64,000 bases of DNA from Squalus acanthias (lineage: Eukaryota), in NCBI GenBank assembly GCA_030390025.1, contig CM059430.1, positions 68,138,001-68,202,000 on the forward strand. Direction: 5' to 3'. How positions within the stretch are numbered: position 1 is the stretch's first letter; the number at the start of each line of letters is the position of its first letter. The notes beneath the pieces were generated by a model that worked only from the letters and a program-made list of their open reading frames with translations, was not told where the DNA came from and did not search any database. The position numbers were made by a program, and so were the translations under genes. Positions 23,956 to 36,461 of the stretch are shown here, piece by piece.

Positions 23956-26469
23956 ATGAATGGAGGCTGAGAGCTGAGCAAACATTGTGGGAGTTGAACA
24001 ATTGGCAGTAGAAAAATTCACGTAAATACTCACACCTCACACCTGCTTCCGTTTCAAAGGGAAAGGCTCTTGCTGACACCAGCTCTACTCTGAAATTGCT
24101 TTCAGGAGTTTGCAAGTGATTTCTACAAACACGGAAGTCACTCTCGCTACATTGAGGATTGTGTCTCTGTTCTCCACTTTATCTGGCATCTATCAGATCA
24201 GCATATGCTCTTTCACCTTGGATCTCAGATTCGGGCCAAGATGAGCTCCAACAGCAAAAACACCAGCCACACCAGCGCAGCAGCCTTCTCCTCACCGATC
24301 TGCAGCTCCACAGTAGAGAGGGGATGTGCTTGGGGTGCACCTCGCCAGAGGCGATACCCCTGACACCGGCTATAGAGGGAGAGGATTAGCTTCTTGGACA
24401 TGACTGAACAGCAGTGCTTCAGGATGCTAAGGTTATTGCGTCAGGTCGAGGCAGACATTTGTAGCTTGATGGAGGAAGACCTGCTGCTAATTGGACCTGA
24501 TGGACACGCGTTACCAGTGGCTGTCCAAAGTCACGACTGCCCTCAACTTCTTCATCTCAGGCTCCTTCCAGGGATCTGCAGCAGACATTTCCAGGATCTT
24601 ACAGTCGGCCGGCCATAAATACATCACCCAGGTGACCGATGACATGTTTCACCAGTCAGTTTCACTTATGTTCACTTTGCCACTGATGAAGACTGTCAGA
24701 CTGAGCAAACGCTCGGCTTTGTGACTCTGGTTGGCTTCCCACATGTGCAGGGTGTCATCAACTGCACGCATGTGCCTATCAAGGCACCCCCAGATCACGT
24801 AGGATTGACCGTGAACCTGAAGGGCTTCCACTTCCTAAATGTGCAACTCGTCTGCAACCACAAAACGTTCGCCATGCATGTGTGTGCCAGATTCCCAGGG
24901 AGCTGTCAGTGCTCGTTCATCCTGCACCAGTCCACCATCCCTCAGCTCTTCACACCTAAGACCAGACTTACTGGCTAGCTGCTTAGAGACAAGGTCTATG
25001 CGCTGATGGCGAGGCTGATGACACCCTTGAGGAGGCCAAGCAATGAGATCAAAGAGCAGTATAATCAAAACGATATGACGATCAGATGTGTAATAGAGCA
25101 AGCAATCACGATGCTGAAGATGCGCATCAGATGCCTGGGAAGATCTTGAGGAACCCATCAATATGGACGAGGCAGGTACTCCAGAATTATCATCTTATGC
25201 TGCGTGCTGCACAACATAGCGCAGCCGCGAGGATTGGAGATGGAGGAGGAGCAAGGTGCAGAGTGCAGAGCCTCTTTGGAGGAGGATGAGAAGGAGGAGC
25301 AGGTGGAACACGTGGAGGAGGAGGAACCTGTAGTATAGATGGCACCAGCAGCGGCACACATTGTTGCCTCGGAGGCACGGGATAGCATCATAATGGCACG
25401 ACTTATTTATGTTGCATCAGTGCACCGGTATGACAACCAGATGCTAATCCAACATCCCCCCCACCCCACCCCACCAATACCACAAAGCAGTCCTAAAATG
25501 GCCAAAATTTTGCTGTCACACACACCCATTGCTCGAGTTTAAGTAATGTCTTACCATTCACTCGAAACGACAAGGCCACTGCCCAGGGAGAAAGCAAAAA
25601 GGCACAAGACGGGGAAGTGCTGCAAAGAAATACATTTTGTGCGTCATAAATAGAACTAATATTTTGAAACACACCCTTTGTATAGCTCCCATTGTGTCAT
25701 TTTACTTCTCCACGTGCCTCTACGAGGTGCACCTCCAGTGGCTTCAGCAGATGTGGAGATAGGCTGCTCACTTCCGTGCTCTGACTGCTTAAACACTTTT
25801 GTCGGACGTCCTCTGGGTTTTGGAGCTCGTGACGCCCACGCTAAAGACTGCTCCACCTGCAAATGTGTAGGGGCAAACTTGGCCATCGGGATCCGAGGCA
25901 GCATGTGTGGCTCTGTCTGATGGGAAGGCAACGGGGGAGAAATGGAGCTGATTTCTGCAGAGTTCCCATTTCCATGTCCCCTCCCACCATCACACCTCCC
26001 ATGGGCCACCTGCACCTCCCTGCTAGCAAGTAGCTGTGGAGTTTGTATCCCTCCTAGATATGACTGCAATCAGAATCTGAAAGCTCTCGTTCAGAGCAAG
26101 CATGCATTCGTTGGACTGGCACATTCGAAACTCCATGTAGGTGGCCACCCATTCCATGGAAGAGCACATCGCCGCCATCACTTGCGACATGGTGCTGCTC
26201 ATGTTGGAGATGGACTCCTCCATTCTCCCTACAATCCTGCCAATCGCGCCTGGAAAAGCGGCCTGTGCCTCCCGCAATTTTTGCTGCTCCTCCAGAATAA
26301 TCCTCTTTGCAGGCAACGCCCAATGTTCTATATTTGCATCCAGCTGAGCAGAGCTTGGAGCGTCCTGCGCCCTCCGACGAGGACTCTCCACTGCATTCCA
26401 TGTCTCCACCATCTGCTCTTGCTCACGTGTGATCTGTGAGACACCAGGCGACAATACATATAACCCAAA

Positions 26470-27042
26470 GTGTGGGGAAGTCACTGCAAGTGGCAGACGT
26501 TCTTAGCAAAGTTGATTATTGTAGGTTTTGACTGACTCCACTTATCGTAGCTTACCTTCTAAGGGAACTTAAATTTGAGATAGGAAGAACGGTGAGGCTA
26601 ACAGCACTCAGTTACCCATTATACACGCCAGGAACAAGTTAGGGCTGGTGCATTCAGGTGTAAGTGATTTTATTTTTAATGGCATGATATGTCTTACTTA
26701 CTGCCACACAAACTCTCTGGCCCTAAAAATGTTATTTTACAAGTGTGGACTTTCATTCCTTCAGAATATAATTATTTTTGGAGAATTTAAAAATAGCTAC
26801 ATTTTTCCTTTTTCTTGCTGTCTCTTTTATCTCTCTCTCAAACCCATCTTTCATTCTGTCTCTGTATTTCACTTGTTGTATATGATTTTGCATTGAATGA
26901 AATATTCCAATTCATGCTTTCTGCTTTAGATTCTGCGCAACTCGGTGTGAAATTTTTAAATCTGACTGGTGGAAGAGACACGTTGTTGCTTGCCTTGCGC
27001 ACACACGCCACAAATCCCCTGCAGAGGGCAGCACATTGAAAA
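26470..27042 (+). repeat. Direct repeat of ~33795-34546 (diverged; second copy has ~180 extra bp)
   Basis: Collinear similarity by eye, e.g. CTTATCGTAGCT.CC.TTCT, GGGCTGGTGCATTCAG, GTCTTACTTACTGCCA and CCCCTG.AGAGGGCAGCACA.TGAAAAG. Confidence 0.8.
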
Positions 27043-27751
27043 GTAAGAAATCGTGAATTGGAAGAAATTGTGAATTATAAGCAATAATGGCTTTATAAAA
27101 TCAATTAGCTCATCCGAGCTGAGCAGCCAAGATAAGCTGCTGATACAGCTATTGTACAAAGAGCTGAGTTCGTTGCAAGGTCATAACATAAAACATGCCT
27201 TCGAGTGGGCATACCTCGGGCTGATAAGGGGTTGAGTAAGAAAAACAAGCTATCTAGGAGGAAGTCCAAGAGATAAGCAAAGGGATGGTCTCGATAGACT
27301 GGGAGGGATGTGCTACAGATGCATATTCCTCCGTAAATGGACAATTGAATGGGTAAAGGTGATTAAAACAAGTGATTGTCGTGAGGTATCCGCCAGCACC
27401 TCAAATAAGTTATACAAACGAGCAGCCGAGACGGAAAGGCAGGCAGAAAGGGGGTATAGCTTCCCCGGGGTGGATGCATGCTAGTTTCGGCTTAACAACT
27501 CTGCCAGCTCGCGAGATGAACAATTAAGAAGAGACCGCTGCCATAGGCTGCAGGGAATGTAGACTGCCATTCTGCCTTCTGCCATCCGTCCATTCCGGGT
27601 CGGTAAACCGTTCTCACCTATTACGGGTTGTATGTCTACTATGTCTATCCTGATTTAACTATTTTTTACCTACCGCTCCTTAATAAAATGACCTAAAAAT
27701 CCTAAGAACCTTTGGGTAATCTGTGTGTGCCTGCGATTCGAATTCTTACAG

Positions 27752-27769
27752 TGGTGTCAGAAGTGGAAT
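27752..27769 (+). promoter_or_regulatory. Primer binding site TGGTGTCAGAAGTGGAAT (tRNA-Leu type)
   Basis: Lies 1 nt after the 5' LTR end. Near-complementary to the vertebrate tRNA-Leu 3' end ATCCCACTTCTGACACCA (recalled, not searched). Confidence 0.75.
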
Positions 27770-28242
27770 CACATAGCGGGAGTCACATGGACCTCGGCAT
27801 TGTGAGAGCCCGGAAGTCTTGGTCGACCGTGCATGATCGACGCTTAGACTGGGTATGGAACTCTCTGAGAGAGTTAGAGGAAGCGTGTCAAATAATTGAA
27901 AACAGATATACAATGGCGCTGGCATATCACCGGGAACACTTGATAGATAGCCTGACAGAGAATAACAGCGCGCCTGGGGCGACGGAAATTCTAAGAATTC
28001 TAGAGGAGTGTGCTGGGAACTATGATTGCATTCTTGACAGACTTTCTGAGGACGTCCAGAAACCCAAGCTTAAGCCGAAAAAAGGCCGAGATAAGTTAGC
28101 CTACGAAGCACACTTCTGCGCCTTGCAGTTAAACAAAATAAATAAAAAATTAAAAGAACAGGCAGTTATGCTACATAACGAAAGCGAAGGTTAGCAGGAA
28201 AGCATTGCCGTCCTACACAATCAGTTGCAGTGGGAACAGATA

Positions 28243-28558
28243 GGGGCAACACGGTGGCACTGTTGCCTCACAGCGCCAGGGACCCGGGTTCGAATCCGGC
28301 CTCGGGTGACTGTCTGTGTGGAGTTTGCACATTCTCCCCGTGTCTGCGTGGGTTTCCTCCGGGTGCTCCGGTTTCCTCCCACAGTCTAACGATGTGCGGG
28401 TTAGGTTGATTTGGCTATGATAAATTGACCCTTAGTGTTAGGGGGGGATTAAATACGTGGGGTTACGGGGATAGGGTGGGATATGTGTCGGTGCAGGCTC
28501 GATGGGCCGAAATGGCCTCTATCTGCACTGTGGGGATTCTGTGATTCTGTGATTCTGT
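28243..28558 (+). mobile_element. HE1-type V-SINE inserted in gag
   Basis: tRNA-derived head with B box GGTTCGAATCC, V-domain core GTGGAGTTTGCACATTCTCCCCGTGTCTGCGTGGGTTTCCTCCGGGTGCTCCGGTTTCCTCCCACA, CR1-type tail ending (GATTCTGT)n. Confidence 0.88.
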
Positions 28559-31500
28559 GTGACATGACGAGTCGCCTTATAAACGGAAAAAGCTGGAACA
28601 AATATTAGACAGAAATATCGAGTTACAGGCAGAAAATACCAGACTAGGTGAGGAGTTAGAAGATGCAAGGGGGGCTCTGAGGGAGTTAGACTAGTGCCAA
28701 ACCATTGCCTCCCCCAAAGCAGACCACGCATCGTGTTTAGCAAAAATCCAACAGCTTCAGGCACATATCGGACAACAGCGGGCAGTAGTGGTAGCTGTCT
28801 CCAAAATCACACCAAGACATCCAGTCCCTTGTTGGGACAGCATAGCTGAGGACCCCACTCCCTCTGCTCCCCCTCCACCGTGCAATGATGGCGAGGCAAA
28901 CAAAGCAAACAAGGCAATACCAGTGTGTGTCGTCAGCTGGGCCAATGCTGCCCGTCAGCCTCAGCACCAGAATTACGAGGAGGTGGGAGGTGTCCAACCA
29001 TCCTATTCCACTAACGACGAGGGGGAAATGTTCACCACAACCACGCATAGCCTCCTTACCGCTGTTGAGGTTCGGGCTCTAAAGGATGACCTAGGGACGA
29101 TAGACATGAACACCAGACCCCTTGACCTCAGGCAGCGGTGGAGGATTTTTAAGTTTACTCATCCAGAACTAGAAGGGGGCAACCTTAAACAGGTCCTCCT
29201 GGCTGTGTGTTCCTCAGATTTAAAACAAGAGATGGATCAGGATGTTCTGGAGGCGGGTGCGATACATGATATTGAGATGGACCTATGTAGAACATTAGGG
29301 GAGGAGCGCATCGACTTCCAACAACTCTTGGCTAGTATCAAGCAGGTCCCTCCCGAATGCCTGAATGCCTTCGCGCATAGCGTCCATGACATTTTCCATT
29401 GCAGTAGGGATGGCAGAGGTGACTACCTTAACTATCCGGGCCTCAAAACCCTCTTTTTCAACGGCCTCCACCCATTAATCCGTAGCCCGCTGGGCGTTTA
29501 CATCTCCAAAGACAAACCCTGGGAACAGCTGTGCCACCATTCCGGGACTGGTTAGCAGCAGACAGGTGCCAATATTCCCAGAATACAAACTAAATTTAAA
29601 ATAGCAGCCGTCGAAGACCAACTACTAGGCCAGAAATCAGGGCCGTCTAAAACCCCTGCACCAGAGAAGGGTGCTCCGGTACGCTGTTACCTAGGCCAAT
29701 ATGCCCATTACTGCCGAATTCCTCTGAGACAAATTGGTCCAGACTCGATGGAGCAGAGGTTGGAGAGAATGGAGGCAGCGATAGGGGCCATGCAGATTAG
29801 CCAAGGGGCTCGACCGGTTGCCGCGGTGCATCAACAACCGAGCAAATGGCAGATCGTTCACCTCCCCTGTGACTCCTGCAGGCTTCTCAGGGAGAGATGA
29901 CTTCCCCTCTCCGATACGCTAGTGCACAGAGACCGTTAGTCCGCACTGTTGATCCTGGAGGCCATCAACAATTAACGTTAGTTGGCTCTGGTTCGTCAGC
30001 CATCATCATTCAGGATCCCCACCCCGCCCCTACGAAAGGAGTGCCCCAAGTTTTATCGGGCTCTGACAATTCAACTCAGGCAACTATACACGGATCCGTT
30101 CGCTTCGAGCTAGACCTGGACGGGGTTTGAGTCACGGTCCAGTCTCCCATTTATATGGCCATGCATAATGAGCAGGGACTACTGGGAAGTGATGTGCTCA
30201 AAATTTATCGAGCAGTAATTGATTATGCCAACAATTGTATCTGGTGGAACCTTAAAAACCGACCCCCTACTCTGATGTCTAGCGTGCACTCGATATTCGC
30301 AATTAAATATGATGACCCCGAGGTACAGGGTATCCTAGAGTCAGTGCCGGGTTTATTCGCAAGCCATTAACATGATTGGGCCAACATGACTGAACCTGAA
30401 GAAATTAACGAACCAGTACATGCTCCCGTAAAGCAGTACTCCTACCCAGCCGAGAGTATGCCAGATATTCGAGCCACCAGTGAAGTCGGGATTAAGTTGC
30501 TGTGAGAATTTAAAAGGCGAAAAAAAAATAAACTTAAAGTTGAAACGGACACTGAAACGTTCAGCTTCTGTGCCGAGAAAAATAAAACACAAGATTGCTG
30601 AGTGATAGGAACCTTAAAAGAAATGCTGGAATTTCAGTTTGTGTGAAAGTTTCCCTGACTATGAATGTTTCGAAGCTACAAGCTGAGGGAAGCTCCGCCT
30701 CTTTTTCCTTTTGTGTAGAATATATAACGTTTGTTTAAATGTGAAACAACTATTTTTTCTCCAGTCATATTTAGTACTTTTACAATCATTTAGAAAGTCA
30801 TCTGAAGAAAGGACAGTAAGAAATATCATGTAATTTGCTGCTTTCTGCAAGCAGCTGCTTTTGTGTTTTGTTTTATCTGTGTTGTATCGTGTTTAGTTGA
30901 TAAAATATTGATCTGAATTAAATTGGAATTATTGAAGCAAACGAACCTATTGAATTGTCAAAACACAACTGTCCTTTTCCGATCAGGAAAGTTTTTTTTT
31001 AATTTAGGTGAAGTGACGCATTTGTGTGCGTCTGACAATATTTGCTCCATCTTCTGACAAACATGCCAAGTAGTTAACCCTTTCTGCTAACAACTTTTTT
31101 TTTCACCACACAGCAACTTTTGTATTGCTGAATGAAATTTAAAGATATTGAACATTATTAATTTTTAAGTTTCTTAATTGTCATTGAATATTTCCCAACA
31201 GTGACAGAAGGACTATTATGATTTGACGAATTAACCCCTTGAGCGCTTAAGCAGTGCCACAATGGAACTAATTGTGGCACTTCTGTCTCGAATGTTAAAA
31301 CACCATTTTAAACCACCTAGCCTGGGAATCACTTGTTTCTGAAATTGGAGCTGATAAGGTAAGGTACAAGAAGGGGAAATCTACCTGAAGTTGAAGGGGA
31401 TAATTAAATTTTCATTATAATAAACTGGTTGAGAGCAGTCTAGGTGGTCCTGCCAATTGCTGTGATCAAGGAAGAAAGTTTGTGGGGAAATAAAATTGAA

Positions 31501-34500
31501 CATTGTCCAAACCTGTCAGTGCAACAATTATGCTATTTGGACTTGGGATAAGTTCGAACTGATAAAATGGACTCGGGCACAGTATGTCTGCAGCATTGCC
31601 GCTTGAAATGTATCTACTTGGTCGATGTGCTAATGATTGTAAGACTGAATCATAACTTGTAACTGTAATAATTGTGGTTTGTAGGTAACAGAGCGTGGGA
31701 AAAGCCAACACGAGTCCAGTATGAGGTACTTTGGGTCGTGCCTCCTGTGTCACTACTACCTGTCTAACAGGGCCTGTCCCATTAATAGCCACAGTTTCTG
31801 CTTTACACCACATCAACCAACACGTTTTACAAAGGATCAAAACCTATGCTCAAGTGAAACTGACATTAAATGAGATAATTAAGTAGGAGCTGTAAAATTA
31901 TGTGGACAATTGGGTACGGCATTCCTCTGTTGTCTGAGGGCTTTTGTAAGCTCGTGATGCGACTGAACTCCTCCCTAAAGCATTTTTATGTTTTGGAGAA
32001 ATACAACTCGAGAATAGATATTGAAATTGACAGCATAGGGGATGATTCACACTGGTGGGCTATTGAACTTAATATATCAGCACCCCCTTAAGGGTCGTAT
32101 TATTTCACATGCTCTGGTAGTTCTCCAAATTGTAATGATAGTGTATTTGATATATATAACCCGTGCAGTAAGACTTTGATGCATAAGCCAATCGTGTACT
32201 CATGCCTATGACTAACCAGCACTAACAAAGAGAAGACCCGAAGCAATGTAGGGGAGACCCCAGGCGGGGTCAGATCAGGAAAGATAGAAGAAACAGAAGA
32301 TAGCCCAGGCGGGGCTGAATTGGAACACCGGAATCGTGAATGGAACCTTTGTGAAGGGTAGGAGGTTGCTACTCTCCGTCAAAAGAATGGATTGTAAGAA
32401 AGGGGAAAATCTTCATTTCTGAGTCTCCCTACTAACGAACTCACAAATTGAGGGAGCAATAAGAACTAGCTAGATTAGTCAAGAGACGATTTTGAAAAGT
32501 CAATAAGTATATTTCATTCCCAAAGTGGGGAATTGTAAGAAATCGTGAATTGGAAGAAATTGTGAATCATAAGAAATAATGGCTTTATGAAACAAATATG
32601 CTCATCTGAGCTGAGCAGCCAGGATAAGCTGCTGATACAGCTGTTGTACAAACAGCTGAGGTCATTGCAAGGTCATAGCACAAAACAGGCCTTCGAGTGG
32701 GCAGAACTAGGGCTGATAAAGGGTTCAATAAGATAAACAAGCTGTCTGGGAGAAAGTGTAAGAGTTAAGCAAAGAGATGGTCTCCATAGACTGGGAGGGA
32801 TGTGCTACAGGTCCCTATTCCTCCGTAAATGGACAATTGAATGGGTAAAGTTGATTAAAACAAGTGATTGGCGTGAGGTATCCAAAAGCCCCTAAAAGAA
32901 GATATATAAATGGGCAGCCAAGAGGAAAATGCAGGCAAAAAGGTTGGATAGCTTCCCCGAGGTGGATGCATGCTTGCTTCGGCTTAACACTCTGGTCAAG
33001 TTTAAACTCTGAGGTAGACTCCATGCTAGCTTCGGCTTAACACCTCCGCGAGCTAGGGAGATGAACAAAGAGGAAGAGACCGTTGGCGCAAGCTGCATGG
33101 ATCCAGGACTACCGTTCTGCCTCAACCTCCGTCGGTCCGTCCCTCCATCCGTTCCGGGGCCTGTAAACCGTTCTCATCTGTTACGGGTTGTATGTCTACT
33201 ATGTCTATCCTGAGTTAACTATATTTGAACTGCCGCTCTTAAGACCCTTTGGATAATCTGTGTGTGACATGTGATCCGAAATCTTACAATTTCCACAAAA
33301 CTGCTGAACAGTCAACTCCATATGCTGACCCTGGTGCTAGCTGAGATTTTGAACGGTTCCCTCGCCTCACGCAATGCCCTCCTCACTTTGATAACTGCAT
33401 TCACCCCTCTTCAAAGAATACAACCTTGCTCCCTCTGCAGTTGCACAATAAGGCTTCATTTACAACCTTCCTTTCCCTCCAATCTCCTGAACAAGTTATA
33501 CCTCCCATATTCATGCCAATCAGTCCCGCAAACTCATGTTTTGACCATTCCAATCAGTGTTCATCACTGCCACAGCACTGAAACCACCCGAATCAAAGTT
33601 ATAAGGACATCCTCTGTGATGGTGACCATGGTCCACTGTCCCTCCTCATCCTTCTCTACTTCTCTGTTACATTTAACATGTTTGACGACACCATCTTCAT
33701 CCAACGCATAACCAACATTGTTCAACTTTGAGCGGGAACATCCTCGCCTGGTTTGGCAGTTTCCAAAATAATTGAAACCGTATAACGCAGAATATGGGGA
33801 AGACTCTGTAAGTGGAAGAAGTTCTGAGTACTGTTGTTTATTGTAGGTTATGGCTGGCTCTACTTATCGTAGCTGCCCTTCTATGGGAACGTAATTTTGC
33901 GATCGGAATAACGGTGAGTCTAACAGCACCCAGTGTTATTATGGAGTAAATCGGCAGCAACTTCCGGCATCCACACATGCAAAGTTAAACACTGAATTCC
34001 GGATGTTGCTGTCTGAGTTGCTCTGTTTCCTCAACACGCTTCGCTATACCAGTACCTCACCGATAGATTCGATATTAAACTACATGAAGTCATGAACTTG
34101 CGGTCCTTACTAACTAGTTAGCCACTACATACGCCAGAAAAAGATTGGGCTGGTGCATTCAGCTGTAAATTATTTTTTATTAATGTCGTGCTAAGTCTTA
34201 CTTACTGCCAAACAACCTCTATGGCCCTAAAATGTGTTTTTACAAGCGTGGCCTCTCATTCCTGCAGAATTTAATTATTGTTGGACATTTTAAAAATATC
34301 TACCTTTTTACTTTTTCCTTCTGTCTCTTTTATCTCACTCTCAAACCCATCTTTCATCCCCTCTCTTTATTTCACTGTTTGTATATGATTTTTACTTTGA
34401 ATTAAATATTCCAATTCAGACTTTCTGCTTCAGATTCTGCGTGCCTCGGTGAGGATTTTTCAACCTGATTGGGGGAAGAAACACGCTGTTGCTTTCCCTG

Positions 34501-35864
34501 CGCAATCACGCCACAGATCCCCTGTAGAGGGCAGCACACTGAAAAGGATCTCAAGTAACCTTAAGTTGCCTCTAAAAATCACATAAAAAGTCTTTGTACA
34601 GCTGTAACCGCAATGAATGGCGAGCTCCCTTCTTTCCCCTCTTACCACAATATCCGGGACATTGTCTTTCTATACTTTATTGTTGGGAATGGGTAGATAT
34701 TTTATGCATTGAGGTCACTTGTGACCATCTTCCATTGTATCTATTCCTCTCACTTACGGGCCCTGCGATGGTCATTGCCAAACGCACCTCTCTCCATCAC
34801 CACCAGCGCCCCACCCACACCCCCGCCGCAGGCTGTCCATGATCAACAGATGCATCAAGGAAACTCGGGTCTCTTTATCCTCTCTCACATGTGCCGAAGA
34901 TTAGTTTTCTAAGAATCTTTGTGCCTTTACACGTATCTGTTTATGTGGTGTCTGTGCCACTGCCGTTTGAAGCATCTGCAAGCCATTAAATTCCGCAACA
35001 GGTTACCCCGCCCCCACCCCCAAAGCTTTATCGACCTTGGTCACTGAATAACAGCGACGACGCTTCACAGTATGGGTGAAACATGGGAAAGATCGGCATT
35101 CATGATGATATTTTGATAGTACAATCACAGACCATTGATAGGATAGTCGTTCCTAGTCTAGCAGCTACTGTTACCAATCAACAAATGAAAATGTGGCACA
35201 GAAAAACGTCATAAACGGCCGTATTCAACGCGACACATGGTTTCTGTTACGTTTGCATCAGCCTGCCAATCCATCACGGGAGATCTGGTGATAACTCAAT
35301 AAAATTATGGGCGGCAGTGTTTTCAATCTATCAGAATTTCCTACAGCATTGCCCGAAACATCTCTCATGTCTGATCTGAAATGGTGAAGGACACTGAGGG
35401 AGAACTTTGGCGCAATCCTCACAGTCTGCAGCCGTATTTTCGCCAGACGATCAATTGAAACCTAGCACAAGCGAAGTAACGGCCAGGATCCGCCAATCTC
35501 GGCAGATACCGCCGGTCTCCCGTCAGGGAACTCTGCCGAAATTCTATGCGCAGAGCACTGAAATATGGAATATTCCAGGACGAGTGCATGACCTTTTTAT
35601 CCAACTGTCCTTAGAGTAGGAGGTCCCGCGGCGAGGCCGCTCCATCTGTCTGTGCAGAAACTTAAAATTGAGAACTGGCGCCTCTTTTGGTGCATGCAGA
35701 AATGTTTCAGCAAATCTAACCAAAGGGACAAAAATACATGTTCTGAACACATAGACAGGATGTCACGCTTCATCGTGACGTATTCAATTCTCCGGCTCTT
35801 CAACTATCTTACAAACCATCAGCCAGTTCACGGTCTGTCGCTCCGAGTGATCAATTGGTTCAGA

Positions 35865-35919
35865 ATGTCGGCGAGTGCTGTACTTCAGTGCCTCTCTGTT
35901 CTGGGATTCATGTTCACAG
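35865..35919 (+). CDS. Gene A (inhibitory VJ-C1 IgSF receptor) exon 1: signal peptide MSASAVLQCLSVLGFMFT-G
   Basis: ATG at 35865, 18 mostly hydrophobic codons plus 1 nt, then phase-1 donor G|GTACAT. Same 55-nt length as, and similar sequence to, the gene B leader. Confidence 0.85.
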
Positions 35920-36091
35920 GTACATGTTGTTTCTATACCTTGCTTTCTCGCTAAAACGCATCGCTGCTTATCATCAGTTTGATACAACATGTTTAATTGT
36001 CCTTTACACACATTTCCTGACTCACTGAACCTCGCTGTTTTTTCTCCTGTAATATTCTCACTAATTCGGTTTTGATTTTCTTTTCCGATAG

Positions 36092-36412
36092 GCTCCTGCG
36101 AAACCTCGGTCAAAGTGAATCAGCTCCCTGAAAGCCCGAGCGGAATCAAGGGTACAAGCGTTTCCTTTCATTGCTCGATTCCCTTCTTTCAAGACGGACC
36201 AGAGGTGAAGGTATACTGGTGGAAACAGGGTGATAATAAATATCTAAGCACAGGACCTGATGACAGAAAAGTAACTGGTTCCAAAACTAAATTCAGCGGC
36301 TTCCTTCAGATAATCAATATAAGTGTCCAGGACTCGGGAGTATATTACTGCACTGTCGCCCATCGAGGCCGAATAGTTGGAAACGGAACGGGATCCAATT
36401 TAACTGTCTGTG
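36092..36412 (+). CDS. Gene A exon 2: Ig V-set domain with germline-joined J-like G strand
   Basis: Acceptor ttttcttttccgatag, donor G|GTAAGT, phase 1/1, 321 nt. Motifs VNQLP, SFHC, VYWWK, DSGVYYC and GNGTGSNLTV. Confidence 0.93.
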
Positions 36413-36461
36413 GTAAGTATAAAAGAAGCGGTGAATTAGATCCATGTAACTGTATTATTTC

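Larger units (their letters stand above)
22677..26480 (+). mobile_element. Decayed PIF/Harbinger transposon: HARBI1-like DDE nuclease pseudogene (+, ~24380-25340) and convergent second ORF (-, ~25656-26484)
   Basis: Frameshifted motifs [46 protein letters not shown] and CCVLHNIA, followed by an acidic tail. Interrupted by LINE and Penelope inserts. Ends approximate. Confidence 0.85.
27043..33288 (+). mobile_element. Decayed LTR retroelement / endogenous retrovirus-like element (LTR-PBS-gag-pro-[pol mostly lost]-env-like-PPT-LTR)
   Basis: LTRs ~27043-27750 and 32534-33288 ((T)GTAAG...CTTACA). PBS at 27752-27769, PPT AAAGTGGGG before the 3' LTR. Gag-like ORFs 27787-28194 and 28788-29555, protease remnants LVGSGS (from DSG) and LLGSD at 29897-30370, env-like WW plus TM remnant at ~31550-32180. 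Confidence 0.85.

Noticed and set aside
24380-25340. Domesticated HARBI1 gene
   Set aside because: Multiple frameshifts and stops, altered catalytic-motif residues (IDCTH appears as INCTH), and it lies within a transposon structure.
28243-28310. tRNA gene
   Set aside because: The B-box belongs to the tRNA-derived head of an HE1-type SINE; there is no full cloverleaf.
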